Positions 1 through 9,750 are shown, numbered from the stretch's first letter. The stretch is DNA of 64,000 nt from Flavobacteriales bacterium (GCA_947496375.1 CANMCY010000001.1:70756-134755), one strand, 5' to 3'. Translations and numbers: made by a program. Notes: generated from the sequence alone by a model not told the origin.

Positions 1-887
1 AGCAGACAAGCCCTGGTGCCGTTCATGTAGGCCGAGAATTCGTCCATGATTCCGTAAATACCACTCAAATTGGCGGATACGCTTGATCCTTTGGATACAT
101 AGGTGTTGTAGCGAAATATTTGTGATGCCAAATCTTTGGTGATATACCGGCTGAACTCCTCTGACTTGCAGATTTCTGTTTCATTCACCGGTATAACGAT
201 TCCCGGAATAATCAGATAGCGATCATGATTGAACTTGTGCACCGATTCGTGTATGACCGTATTCAAATCGTCAAAAAGCGCCTCCTCGCTGGTGTCCTTA
301 TTCCATGGCACCAATTGACCGTTGATATAGGTAGTATATTGTCCCGGTCCACAGTAATTATCTTGCAAGATGGTCTGATAACCCGGTGCGTAATGTTGTG
401 CAGTATGGATGAAGTACCTTTTGGCGTTCTCTATTGCATCGGGATTTTCAGGTTTTTTTTCGGATTTGATTTGCGTATTAACGGCACTCTCCTCAGTTTT
501 TTGGGTTAAAGGATTGAAGTTCCAGGGTTTATCAAAATCATCATTTTGGACGGTAAAGTAGTCAGGAGAACCGCCTATTATGCCTTTCAAGGGTTTGAGG
601 TAGATTCCCTTTTTGCCTTTGAACACTGACTTTTGGGTAAGCGGATTGAATCCATGCTTTTTTTCGGTGGAAATGAACCTGATTTTTTTGTGACCTTTGA
701 AAATACCTGTGTCGCGCTGAATGCGGTTGGGTTTGTAACGACAAAAATTATAGGTATGGTCGGGATATAATTTCAGCACATTCAAACTTTTTTTGGAAGT
801 TTTTTGCGTGTAAATGCCGGGCTTGAGAATTTCCGGTGTCGGGTGGGCTGAGGTGTTGACCAGCAATACAATGGCGATGATGTTCAT
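1..887 (-). CDS. Partial (runs off window start) exported protein with HExxH zinc-metallopeptidase-like motif
   Basis: Absent from the ORF track. Manual translation from ATG at 887 is open to the window edge: MNIIAIVLLVNTSAHPTPE...NTVIHESVHKFNH...GIYGIMDEFSAYMNGTRACL. HESVH lies at 237-251. The start could be slightly further upstream. Confidence 0.7.
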   Translation of the reverse strand, partial: MNIIAIVLLVNTSAHPTPEILKPGIYTQKTSKKSLNVLKLYPDHTYNFCRYKPNRIQRDTGIFKGHKKIRFISTEKKHGFNPLTQKSVFKGKKGIYLKPLKGIIGGSPDYFTVQNDDFDKPWNFNPLTQKTEESAVNTQIKSEKKPENPDAIENAKRYFIHTAQHYAPGYQTILQDNYCGPGQYTTYINGQLVPWNKDTSEEALFDDLNTVIHESVHKFNHDRYLIIPGIVIPVNETEICKSEEFSRYITKDLASQIFRYNTYVSKGSSVSANLSGIYGIMDEFSAYMNGTRACL

Positions 888-1021
888 AATGCATGATTTT
901 AAATGTTGATTTAACAGAATGGGCTTCTTTTGGATAACGAACAATAGCTAAAGAATATTGGCTCAAAATGAAATCCTGTGGTAAATTGAGGAATTTACTT
1001 GCAAAAGTTCCGAAGATTTTA

Positions 1022-1029
1022 TAGATTTG
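1022..1029 (+). promoter_or_regulatory. Bacteroidota sigma-A -7 element for rpmH operon
   Basis: TAGATTTG matches TAnnTTTG; TTG at 999-1001 is a possible -33 element. Confidence 0.6.
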
Positions 1030-1050
1030 CACCCCCAATCAAGGATTGAC

Positions 1051-1212
1051 ATGACCAAGCGTACCTACCAACCTTCGAAAACCAAGCGCAGAAACCGTCA
1101 CGGATTCCGCAAGCGCATGAGCTCAGCAAACGGCCAACGCGTACTGGCTGCGCGCCGCGCCAGGGGCCGTCACAAACTCACTACCTCCGACGAAAGAGGC
1201 CACAAGGGTTAA
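1051..1212 (+). CDS. rpmH: 50S ribosomal protein bL34
   Basis: [23 protein letters not shown]...RRARGRHKL; true start is the ATG at 1051. Confidence 0.97.
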   Translation: MTKRTYQPSKTKRRNRHGFRKRMSSANGQRVLAARRARGRHKLTTSDERGHKG

Positions 1213-1233
1213 TGATCGAAAGGACGGTGCAGA

Positions 1234-1644
1234 TTGACACCTCCAACGCCGCTGCAACGATACAAACTGCCCAGAAATAAAATTCTGCGCAGTCAAAAAG
1301 CCATTACCGGGTTATTTCAGCCCGGTTTTTTTGTTAGCAGCTACCCGCTTCGCATCAATTATCAGTTTATTAACAGACAAGCAGGTGATGCCGAGGTTTT
1401 GGTGCTATTCAGCGTAAGCAAAAGAAGATTTAAAAAGGCCACACAGCGCAATCGCATTAAACGCCTCATGCGCGAAGTTTACCGGCTGAATCAGCAGCAA
1501 CTGCAAGCATTAGACATTCCTCAAGACCGTCAACTGACCATGGCGTTGATTTACACCGGGCAGGAACTTCTGACTTTTCAGGTGATCAAATCCGCGTTTT
1601 TGCTGTGCATTCAAAAAATGGAGAGGAAAATAAATCATGCGTAG
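1234..1644 (+). CDS. rnpA: Ribonuclease P protein component
   Basis: [25 protein letters not shown] (RNR motif); follows rpmH. Confidence 0.93.
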   Translation: MTPPTPLQRYKLPRNKILRSQKAITGLFQPGFFVSSYPLRINYQFINRQAGDAEVLVLFSVSKRRFKKATQRNRIKRLMREVYRLNQQQLQALDIPQDRQLTMALIYTGQELLTFQVIKSAFLLCIQKMERKINHA

Positions 1645-1846
1645 GGTGGCCATTTTTTTTATTCGGATATACCAGTATGTGCTTAGCCCGCTATTCCCCA
1701 AAAGCTGTCGTTATGAGCCATCCTGCAGTGAATACGGGGTGCAGGCGTTTAAGAAACATGGTTTTTTTAAGGGATTTAAACTCACGGCTAAACGAATCGG
1801 ACGTTGTCATCCCTGGGGTGGAAGCGGATATGATCCGGTTCCCTAA
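1637..1846 (+). CDS. yidD: Membrane protein insertion efficiency factor YidD
   Basis: [31 protein letters not shown]. Confidence 0.95.
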   Translation: MRRVAIFFIRIYQYVLSPLFPKSCRYEPSCSEYGVQAFKKHGFFKGFKLTAKRIGRCHPWGGSGYDPVP

Positions 1847-1865
1847 TCGAATATTCCGATTTTCC

Positions 1866-1896
1866 TTTGAAATATCAAGTATTTCCCCTATTTTTG
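1866..1896 (+). promoter_or_regulatory. Sigma-A promoter (-33 TTTG / -7 TATTTTTG) for rpsF-rpsR-rplI
   Basis: TTTG at 1866-1869, 19-nt spacer, TATTTTTG at 1889-1896. Confidence 0.7.
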
Positions 1897-1921
1897 CACC
1901 CCCTAAAAAAGCACTTTTACA

Positions 1922-2296
1922 ATGAACCACAATCAGTATGAAACCGTGATCATTTTAACACCCGTGCTCTCTGAACAACAGATGAAAGATGCTGTTAAAG
2001 GCTACAGAGAGCTGATCACAGGTAACGGTGGGGAGATGGTCCACGAAGAAAACTGGGGCCTGACCAAATTAGCCTATCCCATCGACAAAAAAGGCACGGG
2101 ATTTTATCATTTGTTTGAATTCAAAGCCAATCCTGAGTTCATCAAAACCTTCGAACTGGCATTCCGCCGTGACGAGCGCATCATGCGCTACCTCACCGTG
2201 AGACTGGACAAGTGGGGTGTTGATTACAACGACAGGAAGCGCAAAGGTGAATTCAACCAACCTAAAACTGTAGCTGTAGAGGAGGCCGCATCATGA
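1922..2296 (+). CDS. rpsF: 30S ribosomal protein bS6
   Basis: [31 protein letters not shown]. Confidence 0.97.
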   Translation: MNHNQYETVIILTPVLSEQQMKDAVKGYRELITGNGGEMVHEENWGLTKLAYPIDKKGTGFYHLFEFKANPEFIKTFELAFRRDERIMRYLTVRLDKWGVDYNDRKRKGEFNQPKTVAVEEAAS

Positions 2297-2556
2297 GCAA
2301 AGAAGTAAACTTTATCTTCAACCAGACACCCCAGGTGTTGCAGAAGAAAAAATACTGCCGCTTCAAGAAGCACGGTATCCGCTACATCGACTACAAAGAC
2401 AAAGACTTTCTGCTGAAGTTTGTGAATGAGCAGGGAAAAATTCTTCCCCGCCGCATCACCGGTACTTCACTCAAGTTTCAACGTAAAATTTCCGTAGCTA
2501 TTAAGCGCGCAAGACACTTGTCTCTGTTGCCTTTCGTGGCTGACGGCCTAAAATAA
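2293..2556 (+). CDS. rpsR: 30S ribosomal protein bS18
   Basis: [34 protein letters not shown]. Confidence 0.97.
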   Translation: MSKEVNFIFNQTPQVLQKKKYCRFKKHGIRYIDYKDKDFLLKFVNEQGKILPRRITGTSLKFQRKISVAIKRARHLSLLPFVADGLK

Positions 2557-2572
2557 GAAGGAGGAGAAAATC

Positions 2573-3013
2573 ATGAAAATCATCCTGACACAAGACGTGA
2601 AAAACCTGGGCCACAAAGACGATGTGGTAGTAGTAAAAGACGGCTACGGACGCAATTACCTCATCCCCAAAGGAATGGCCAAACTGGCTACCGACGGCGC
2701 GATGAAAATGCTGGCCGAAGACATCCGTCAGCGCGCATTTAAAGTAGAAAAGCTGCGCAAAGATGCCGAGCAAATCTCTGCCAAATTGAATGGCGCTTCT
2801 GTTACCGTGAAAACCAAAGCCGGCGCTTCCGGTAAGATCTTCGGATCAGTTACAGGTCTTCAGATTGCCAACGCACTGAAAGAACAGGGTTATGACGTAG
2901 ATCGCCGTAAAATTGCGGTTGACGACATCAAAAACCTGGGAACCTACACTGCCGATATCAACCTGTTTAAAGATATCACCGCTGCTATTACTGTAGAGGT
3001 AGTTGCAGAGTAA
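2573..3013 (+). CDS. rplI: 50S ribosomal protein bL9
   Basis: MKIILTQDVKNLG..VKDGYGRNYLIPKG..GKIFGSVT. Confidence 0.97.
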   Translation: MKIILTQDVKNLGHKDDVVVVKDGYGRNYLIPKGMAKLATDGAMKMLAEDIRQRAFKVEKLRKDAEQISAKLNGASVTVKTKAGASGKIFGSVTGLQIANALKEQGYDVDRRKIAVDDIKNLGTYTADINLFKDITAAITVEVVAE

Positions 3014-3034
3014 GGTTTTTTAAAACGAACATTG

Positions 3035-3061
3035 AAAAGCCGCCTTATGGCGGCTTTTTTT
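3035..3061 (+). terminator. Rho-independent terminator after rplI (possibly bidirectional)
   Basis: AAAAGCCGCC-TTAT-GGCGGCTTTTTTT. Confidence 0.85.
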
Positions 3062-3141
3062 ATGGTTATTGCTCAAATGGATAGCAGAGATTACAAGGGT
3101 TAATTACATGGAGAATATTGTAGCGAAAATTGTAAAAAATA

Positions 3142-3834
3142 TTAAAGTTTACTAATTCTTGCCGTGTGCTTAACCCCGCTAACAGTGGTTACTTCCAGCC
3201 AATACATGCCCGTGGCAATGGCTTGCAGGTCAAATGCATCGGTTTGTAAACGGCTGCTGCATATTTTTTTACCTTGCATATCATACAGACAAACGGTATT
3301 TCCGGTCTGTATGTAGTCACCCATTAATTTGTCTGTGGCCGGATTGGGATAGAAACGCATTGTGTTTTTGGGTGATGCTGTATTCAGGTAGGATATATGC
3401 ACCATGGGAATACAGGTTTCGTTGTTTTTCCTCATTTCGGAAGTTTCTTTAATGATGGAATCTTTTTTGTTTACCCAGTATATTCTGTAAATCTCCGCGC
3501 ATATCTCTGTTCGGTAGTTGGTGGCGTCAAAGCGGCAAGGCAGGTTGTTTTTCGCAATTATGCTGTCTCCCGGTGGAACATCTCTTCCAAAATTTCCGCT
3601 TAGGGGTGGAAAAACCATATTTCCAAAAGCAATTTTCAGCGTGTATCCGTCATTGTATCTGATGGTGTCGGGGCCAAGGTTAATCACAGCATATTTACCG
3701 GAATAGTCTGCCGGGGAAACCAGGGTATCATACGCTTTGGGTTCAAGCACACGGGTAGTTAAATCGATTTTTCGCTGGCCGAATGCAGTGCCTACGCATA
3801 ATGTGATTAATAGAAACGTTGTAATGTTTTTCAT
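3142..3834 (-). CDS. T9SS type A sorting domain protein with single Ig-like N-domain
   Basis: Signal peptide ending AFG-Q; C-terminal FYPNPA..LYDMQGK..GMYWLEV. Confidence 0.85.
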   Translation of the reverse strand: MKNITTFLLITLCVGTAFGQRKIDLTTRVLEPKAYDTLVSPADYSGKYAVINLGPDTIRYNDGYTLKIAFGNMVFPPLSGNFGRDVPPGDSIIAKNNLPCRFDATNYRTEICAEIYRIYWVNKKDSIIKETSEMRKNNETCIPMVHISYLNTASPKNTMRFYPNPATDKLMGDYIQTGNTVCLYDMQGKKICSSRLQTDAFDLQAIATGMYWLEVTTVSGVKHTARISKL

Positions 3835-4532
3835 GATTTAATAAATACACCCTGCCTTTTGATAATGCCGTCTTGCGTTATTCCTTCCATAAAATACACG
3901 CCCGGCGGTAGTGTGGAAATATTCAGTGTTGCCGTAGGTTTGGGAATTGCCAATACTTTTTGACCTGTGGTGTTGTAGATGCTGATGTCAGAGTAATTTT
4001 GTTTTAAATGCAATACATCTGCTGCCGGATTGGGGTAGAAAAAACCGTTATCGGGGGCCTGTGCTTGAGGTCTTGCAGAAATATTGTTTCTTCTGATTTT
4101 AACGACAATGTCTGGTCGGTTGTTGTATACTTTCGGGGCAAATTCCACTTTAATGCTATCTGCACTTAAATTATAAACAAGACAGGATAATCCAATTCCA
4201 TAAAAATCAGCATCAAACTCTGCGTTTATGGGTATATTGTGGTTCACGGTAAAAGATTCACCGGGTAAATAATTGGCAGTAAGGGTATATTTAAAAGCTC
4301 CCCTCGTTCCGGTATCGGTGTTCCAGGTATAAAACCTAAAGATATCGCCGGGCTTTAACGCATCAGGTCCGTTATTTTTTACCCTGAATTGTAATGGGTA
4401 CTGGGTGGGCACATAAATAATTTCGTTCGTATCGGGTTTAATGAAAGTGACTTCCAGGTCAATATCACGGGCGGTTTGGGCCATCAGGCAAGTGTTGGCA
4501 ATGAGTGCGAGTACTAAAAAGGGTGGCCTCAT
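3831..4532 (-). CDS. T9SS type A sorting domain protein, paralog of 3142-3834
   Basis: Signal peptide LMA-Q; FYPNPA..IYNTTGQ..LPPGVYF; shares IDL, NxGPD and DSI motifs with its neighbour. Confidence 0.85.
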   Translation of the reverse strand: MRPPFLVLALIANTCLMAQTARDIDLEVTFIKPDTNEIIYVPTQYPLQFRVKNNGPDALKPGDIFRFYTWNTDTGTRGAFKYTLTANYLPGESFTVNHNIPINAEFDADFYGIGLSCLVYNLSADSIKVEFAPKVYNNRPDIVVKIRRNNISARPQAQAPDNGFFYPNPAADVLHLKQNYSDISIYNTTGQKVLAIPKPTATLNISTLPPGVYFMEGITQDGIIKRQGVFIKS

Positions 4533-4727
4533 ATTACTTATTTTTGATTTATAAGCTACATGTAAAAATAGTTAATAAAATTTACATTTAAAATCTATAA
4601 ATAAAATATTGCACTAATGTTACAGTCTTTATACAGTTAATCTTAGGAGTAATGTTGAAAACCGACTTTTGTTAAAGGGATAAATGTATCCAATGGGTGA
4701 AATGGGTGCGATTTGAACTGTTAGCCC

Positions 4728-4735
4728 TATTTTTG
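4728..4735 (+). promoter_or_regulatory. Sigma-A -7 element for MMPL gene
   Basis: TATTTTTG 7 nt upstream of the ATG at 4743. Confidence 0.55.
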
Positions 4736-4742
4736 CACCTTT

Positions 4743-7097
4743 ATGTGGGATCGCATAGCAACCTATATTCTTAAAAACCGCAATTTTTTTGTTATACTCA
4801 TCCTCGCATTTGCCGGGGCTGCCGGATACTTTGCCACCAAGGCCGAAATGGCCTATGATATGCAAAAACTGGTACCCCAGGATGACCCTGAGTACAATGC
4901 CTACATGGCTTTCAAAAAAACCTTTGGCGAAGATGGCAATAAGGTGGTTATCGGGTTTAAGCATAAAGACATTTTCTCCCTCCCACTCTATCAGGATTAC
5001 TATAAACTATGTGATGATATTCAAAAGCAGGCCGGTGTTATGGATCTGCTGTCGCCGGCACGGGTGTTTAACCTGGTGATAGACACCACTACAGATATGT
5101 ATGCCGTGCAGCCGCTTTTGGCCCGCATGCCGCAATCCCAGCAGGAGCTTGATAGTGTATCAGCCAAATTCAAATCCCTCAAATTCTATGAAGGATTGCT
5201 CTATAACGATACAGCGCATGTGGCACTGATGGTGATTTCTCTGAATGACAGCACACTTAACAGCAAAGGCCGAATCACCCTCATTCGGAATATAGAAAAG
5301 CGCTGCGAGGCATTTGGCGTAAAACACGGCATAGAAATGCGCTACAGCGGCCTGCCTTTCATTCGTACGGAATTTGCCACCAAGGTAAAGAGCGAAATTG
5401 TGTTGTTTACCATTATCGCATTTGCGGTAACAGCTTTGCTCATTCTGGGGTTTTTCCGCAGCATCAGCACCCTGGCCATTTCCCTGTTTTTCATCGCCAT
5501 TGGCGTGGTTACCATGCTATCTGTGGCAGGTTTGCTTGGCTATAAACTCACCATGCTCACCGGAACCCTCCCGCCGTTGCTGGTGGTGATTGGGGTGCAA
5601 AATACCATTTACCTCATTAATAAATACCATGAGGAATACCGCAGACACGGCAATAAAGCGCGTGCGCTCACCCGCATTATTTCGCGTATTGGGGTGGCCA
5701 CTTTCCTCATCAACTTTACCACTGCTGTTGGCTTCGGGACGTTTTATTTTACCAAAACCATGATGCTGGAGCAGTTTGGTGTGGTGGCATTTATTACCAT
5801 CAACATCATTTTCTTCATCAACATTATCGGTATTCCGGTTTTGTACAGTTACCTGCCGGCTCCAACAGAAAAGCAAACCGCCCATCTGGACAATAAAAAT
5901 GTCAATAATTTCCTCAATTGGGTGAGATTTAATGCGTTTAACCGCAAGCGGTCCATTTATTTCTGGAGCATTGCCTTTACCGTATTAAGTAGCATTTATA
6001 TCGTCCGATTGAGGCCTCTGGCCTTTATCCTGGATGATGTACCCAAATCCAGCAAAATATACAGAGACCTGGTCTTTTTTCAGCAGAATTTTCGTGGGGT
6101 GATGCCCTTTGAAATCCTCATTACCTGTCATACTGAGGGTGGAGCAAACTCCGCAGAAGTTCTCAATAAGGCCTCCAGTCTGCAGAAATCCCTGCGCCGT
6201 TATGAAGAATTCAGCAAGCCCATGAGTCTGGTGGAAATGGTGAGTTTTGCCAATCAGGCCTACAATGGGGGTGATGAGCGCCAATACCGTGTGCCCAAAG
6301 CCACCGATCTGGGTGACATTTCAACCCGTATGCCCACCCCGGTACCAGGCAAAAAAAGCATTGTGAATGGCATGATCGATACATCATTGACCAAACTTCG
6401 AATCAGTTACCAAATGGCCGATGTGGGCTCTATTCGCATGGATAGTATCAGCAGCCAGGTGAAAACCATTGCCGGTAAAATCTTCCCTGAAGAACAATAT
6501 GAGGTTAAAATCACAGGCACTTCTGCCATATTCCTGCAAGGTAACCGATACCTGTATGACAGTCTTATAAGCAGCACCCTGTGGAGTTTACTGATTATCA
6601 GTCTTACCATGGGATTGCTGTTTCCCAGCATTAAAATGATCATTATTTCGGTTATCCCAAATGTTTTGCCTCTGGTAATTACTGCAGGTTTGATGGGTTT
6701 TCTGAATATCCCCCTGAAACCCAGTACCATACTGGTTTTCAGCATAGCATTTGGTATAACCATCGATGCAACAACCCATTTTATGAGCACGTTCCGGCGA
6801 GAGTTACTGCATACCAAAAAATCGCTTCGTGAAGCGCTCAGTCATACCATTATGGAAGTGGGCCTGAGTATGATTTATACCATGGTAGCACTATTTGCCG
6901 GGTATATGATTTTCATGTTCAGCCGTTTTGAAGGCACACAGGCCCTGGGATGGCTCACGGCAGTTACCTTGCTTTCCGGTCTGGTGGCGAATTTATTCTT
7001 GCTGCCTGCACTGATTCTTACATTTGAAAAAGGCCTCAACCCCAAAGAGGAACTGAAAGAAACGGTAATAGAGCTACCCGACGAAACGGAGGATTAA
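4743..7097 (+). CDS. MMPL/RND-superfamily membrane transporter
   Basis: Two repeats of TM + large loop + 5 TM; TTAVGF and SIAFGITIDATTHF motifs. Confidence 0.88.
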   Translation: MWDRIATYILKNRNFFVILILAFAGAAGYFATKAEMAYDMQKLVPQDDPEYNAYMAFKKTFGEDGNKVVIGFKHKDIFSLPLYQDYYKLCDDIQKQAGVMDLLSPARVFNLVIDTTTDMYAVQPLLARMPQSQQELDSVSAKFKSLKFYEGLLYNDTAHVALMVISLNDSTLNSKGRITLIRNIEKRCEAFGVKHGIEMRYSGLPFIRTEFATKVKSEIVLFTIIAFAVTALLILGFFRSISTLAISLFFIAIGVVTMLSVAGLLGYKLTMLTGTLPPLLVVIGVQNTIYLINKYHEEYRRHGNKARALTRIISRIGVATFLINFTTAVGFGTFYFTKTMMLEQFGVVAFITINIIFFINIIGIPVLYSYLPAPTEKQTAHLDNKNVNNFLNWVRFNAFNRKRSIYFWSIAFTVLSSIYIVRLRPLAFILDDVPKSSKIYRDLVFFQQNFRGVMPFEILITCHTEGGANSAEVLNKASSLQKSLRRYEEFSKPMSLVEMVSFANQAYNGGDERQYRVPKATDLGDISTRMPTPVPGKKSIVNGMIDTSLTKLRISYQMADVGSIRMDSISSQVKTIAGKIFPEEQYEVKITGTSAIFLQGNRYLYDSLISSTLWSLLIISLTMGLLFPSIKMIIISVIPNVLPLVITAGLMGFLNIPLKPSTILVFSIAFGITIDATTHFMSTFRRELLHTKKSLREALSHTIMEVGLSMIYTMVALFAGYMIFMFSRFEGTQALGWLTAVTLLSGLVANLFLLPALILTFEKGLNPKEELKETVIELPDETED

Positions 7098-8074
7098 TTT
7101 TCAGAAACCAATAGGTTGCAGCCCCGCACTTCGCTTTGGTCGTGGCGTCCCAGTACTTCAAAGCTGCCGTCATCGTGGAGTTTGCCAAGATCCTGAGTGG
7201 CAATGAAACTGCAGCTTTGCACATTGGCCAGATCTACCACACATATTAACCCGGTTTTGCCAAATGCCATCCAGTTACCGGGGTCGCTGATATCGCGAAT
7301 CATGATTTTCATCCATGGCGGACAAATAAATCTTCCATTTCCTTTGCTGTAGGCCTGGCTCAGGAGTTCGGTCATGCCGTATTCGCTGTGAATTTCCTGC
7401 ACGCCAAAACGTTTACACCAGTTATGATGCAATTCGGAGCGTGTAAGTTCCGGCCCGCGACCTTTCATACCGCCGGTTTCCATGATGATGGTGTTTTTTA
7501 GTGGTGGACCGGAGTAAATTTTGGCAAGTTCTTGCAGGGCGAAGGTTACACCCAGCAATATTCCGGGGGTATCGTTCTGCTCATTTTTTTCGATTTGTTG
7601 AATGAGTTTCGGGTAATCATACAGATAGAAATCACTGCCGGGCAGGCCGTTTTTTACAAAATCATCGGCCATGTACACCAAACTGCTATTTTTACGTTCG
7701 AGGTAACCGGGCAGCAAGCAAAGCCAGGCGTAACGGGAAGCAGGTCCGTATTGCAGTTCAAAGCATTTGCGAAAATTGCCAATGTAATGTTCCGGGTTTT
7801 GCAAAAAATGCTTGGATGTGCCGGATTGACCTGTGCCGCTGCTTTCAAAAACTATCGCATCGGGCGGATTGTAGCCGGCCACGCGGTAATGCTTAAAAAA
7901 ATCGATAGGCAGAAAAGGGATATCCGTTAATTGTTGGGGTTCCGGATTGCCGTTTACAGACAGCCATTTGGCAAATATGGGATTTTGCTGACGCTGGTAA
8001 TGGAAGATTTCTAATGCCAATGTAGTAAATTTGACATCAGCTGTGTTCCAGACCCTGTTAAAAATATCCGTCAT
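7094..8074 (-). CDS. LuxE-like acyl-protein synthetase / acyl transferase
   Basis: IPFLPIDFFK, FESSGTG, METGGMKGR, HSEYGMTELLSQAY, SFIATQDLG, EVRGCNLL; likely start is the ATG at 8074. Confidence 0.85.
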   Translation of the reverse strand: MTDIFNRVWNTADVKFTTLALEIFHYQRQQNPIFAKWLSVNGNPEPQQLTDIPFLPIDFFKHYRVAGYNPPDAIVFESSGTGQSGTSKHFLQNPEHYIGNFRKCFELQYGPASRYAWLCLLPGYLERKNSSLVYMADDFVKNGLPGSDFYLYDYPKLIQQIEKNEQNDTPGILLGVTFALQELAKIYSGPPLKNTIIMETGGMKGRGPELTRSELHHNWCKRFGVQEIHSEYGMTELLSQAYSKGNGRFICPPWMKIMIRDISDPGNWMAFGKTGLICVVDLANVQSCSFIATQDLGKLHDDGSFEVLGRHDQSEVRGCNLLVSEN

Positions 8075-8567
8075 TGCGTGTGTGGTGCTGTTTGCCTGCA
8101 GGCCCGACAAAAATAAGTTCTCTGAGGTGCCTTTTTTGCAAATTAAAGGTGCATATATTTATAATAATGGATTTGATAAGGACAGTTTTATAGAGTTGGT
8201 GATGCATTACCGCGATGGAGATGGTGACATTGGCTTGGATCCGGGTGATACTGCACCTCCCTTTAATAACGGCGGATGGGCATTCTATAATTTAAAGATC
8301 TGGATGTGGGAGAAGGTAAACGGCCAATGGATTAAGCCCATCAATTTGCTTGCAAACCCACCGGATACCCTCAATTTTCACGAACGCATTCCGCGTATTA
8401 CGCCTACAGGCAGGGCAAAATGGATAGAAGGTGACCTGAGTGTGAAAATTCCCGCAGAACCTTACGGGCTAAAACCTGATACGGTGAAATTACAGGTGAT
8501 GCTTATGGACAGAAAGCTTCAAAGCAGCGGATGGCTGGAATCGGAAGAATTATTGCTGAAGCATTAG
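8043..8567 (+). CDS. Lipoprotein with DGDGDIG motif, unknown function
   Basis: Lipobox VLFA-C; YRDGDGDIGLD; start is GTG 8043 or TTG 8031. Confidence 0.7.
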   Translation: MFQTLLKISVIACVVLFACRPDKNKFSEVPFLQIKGAYIYNNGFDKDSFIELVMHYRDGDGDIGLDPGDTAPPFNNGGWAFYNLKIWMWEKVNGQWIKPINLLANPPDTLNFHERIPRITPTGRAKWIEGDLSVKIPAEPYGLKPDTVKLQVMLMDRKLQSSGWLESEELLLKH

Positions 8568-8637
8568 TACAGTACCTGCAATTCATTTATTTTCGCATCT
8601 CCTTTACCTTTGGCACAGGGTTTGGAATAGATACAAC

Positions 8638-9183
8638 ATGAGAACATTATTTTTCATACTCGCGTTTTTAACATTGGCTCCATTGGCAGCCCAAAAAACG
8701 GGTTTTATTGACAGTGATCTGATTCTGGGTAAAATGCCTGAATACAAATCGGCACAAAAACAGCTCGATGATTTCGCCGCCAAATGGCAACAGGATGCTG
8801 CAGATATGCAGCAAAAACTGGATCAGATGTACAAGGATTACAAGGCAGAAGAGGTTTTGTTAACCTCGGATCAAAAGAGAAAAAGGGAAGAAGCCATTGT
8901 GGGTAAGGAAAAGGAACTTTTTCAGTTTCGCGAAGATAAATTTGGCCAGACAGGAGAACTTTTCAAAAAGCGCGAAGAACTGGTAAAACCCGTTCAGGAT
9001 AAGGTATATGATGCAGTGCAAAAAGTAGCCAAAAAAGAAGGCCTGGATTTTATCTTTGATAAAGCCGGTGGTGCACTGATGATGTATGCCAACGCTAAAT
9101 ACGACAAAACCTTTGAGGTGATGGAAGAACTGGGAATCCCTACGGATGCCCCCGGCACCACACCCGGTAATTCCGGAAAATAA
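8638..9183 (+). CDS. skp: OmpH/Skp periplasmic chaperone
   Basis: QKTGFIDSDLIL..MPEY..coiled coil..PVQDKVYDAVQKVA..DFIFDK; TACCTTTG promoter element at 8605-8612. Confidence 0.9.
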   Translation: MRTLFFILAFLTLAPLAAQKTGFIDSDLILGKMPEYKSAQKQLDDFAAKWQQDAADMQQKLDQMYKDYKAEEVLLTSDQKRKREEAIVGKEKELFQFREDKFGQTGELFKKREELVKPVQDKVYDAVQKVAKKEGLDFIFDKAGGALMMYANAKYDKTFEVMEELGIPTDAPGTTPGNSGK

Positions 9184-9195
9184 CAACAACACTAT

Positions 9196-9750
9196 ATGAA
9201 AAAAATTCTCTCATTGCTGGCGGTTGCAACACTTTTTATCGGTGCTGCGAGCGCACAAAAAATTGCTTATCTCAACATGCAGACCGTGCTCGATACGCTT
9301 CCTGAAACTGACAGTGTTCGCGAACAACTGTACAAATATGCAGGTAAATTGCAGCAGGATCTTACCGAACTGGCCGGTGAAATTGATAAGGCAAAGGCCA
9401 ATTATGACGCCATTAGTGCAGACCCTGCCACTTCTCAGGTTCGTAAAGAACTGCTGGCCAAGCGCTATCAGACCCTGGTAGAAGAATACCAGCGCACTGA
9501 GCAGGACGCTCAAAAGCAGCTGATGGATAAAGAGAAAGAAAAAATGCAGCCAGTATATGACATGATTAAAAAGGCCTCCGGCGAAGTGGCCAAATCCAAA
9601 GGATATACGCTGGTGCTGAACAATACTGCCGGAATGGTGCTGTTTAACCTGAATGATGCTGATGATATCACAGCGGCTGTGATCAAGTACATGCTGGCAA
9701 AAAATCCTACCCCTAAGCCTGCTGCAGGTAAGCCAGCCGGTCAAAAATAA
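9196..9750 (+). CDS. Second OmpH/Skp family protein
   Basis: QKIAYLNMQTVL..PE..PVYDMIKKA..VAKSKGYTLVL..DDITAAV. Confidence 0.88.
   Translation: MKKILSLLAVATLFIGAASAQKIAYLNMQTVLDTLPETDSVREQLYKYAGKLQQDLTELAGEIDKAKANYDAISADPATSQVRKELLAKRYQTLVEEYQRTEQDAQKQLMDKEKEKMQPVYDMIKKASGEVAKSKGYTLVLNNTAGMVLFNLNDADDITAAVIKYMLAKNPTPKPAAGKPAGQK

Noticed and set aside
225..1038. Track ORFs 225-509, 562-744 and 748-1038
   Set aside because: They are antisense or alternative-frame shadows of the longer minus-strand HExxH gene starting near 887
7094..8074. LuxE-like gene as evidence of bioluminescence
   Set aside because: No luxA/B/C/D nearby; stand-alone LuxE-like genes are common in Bacteroidota
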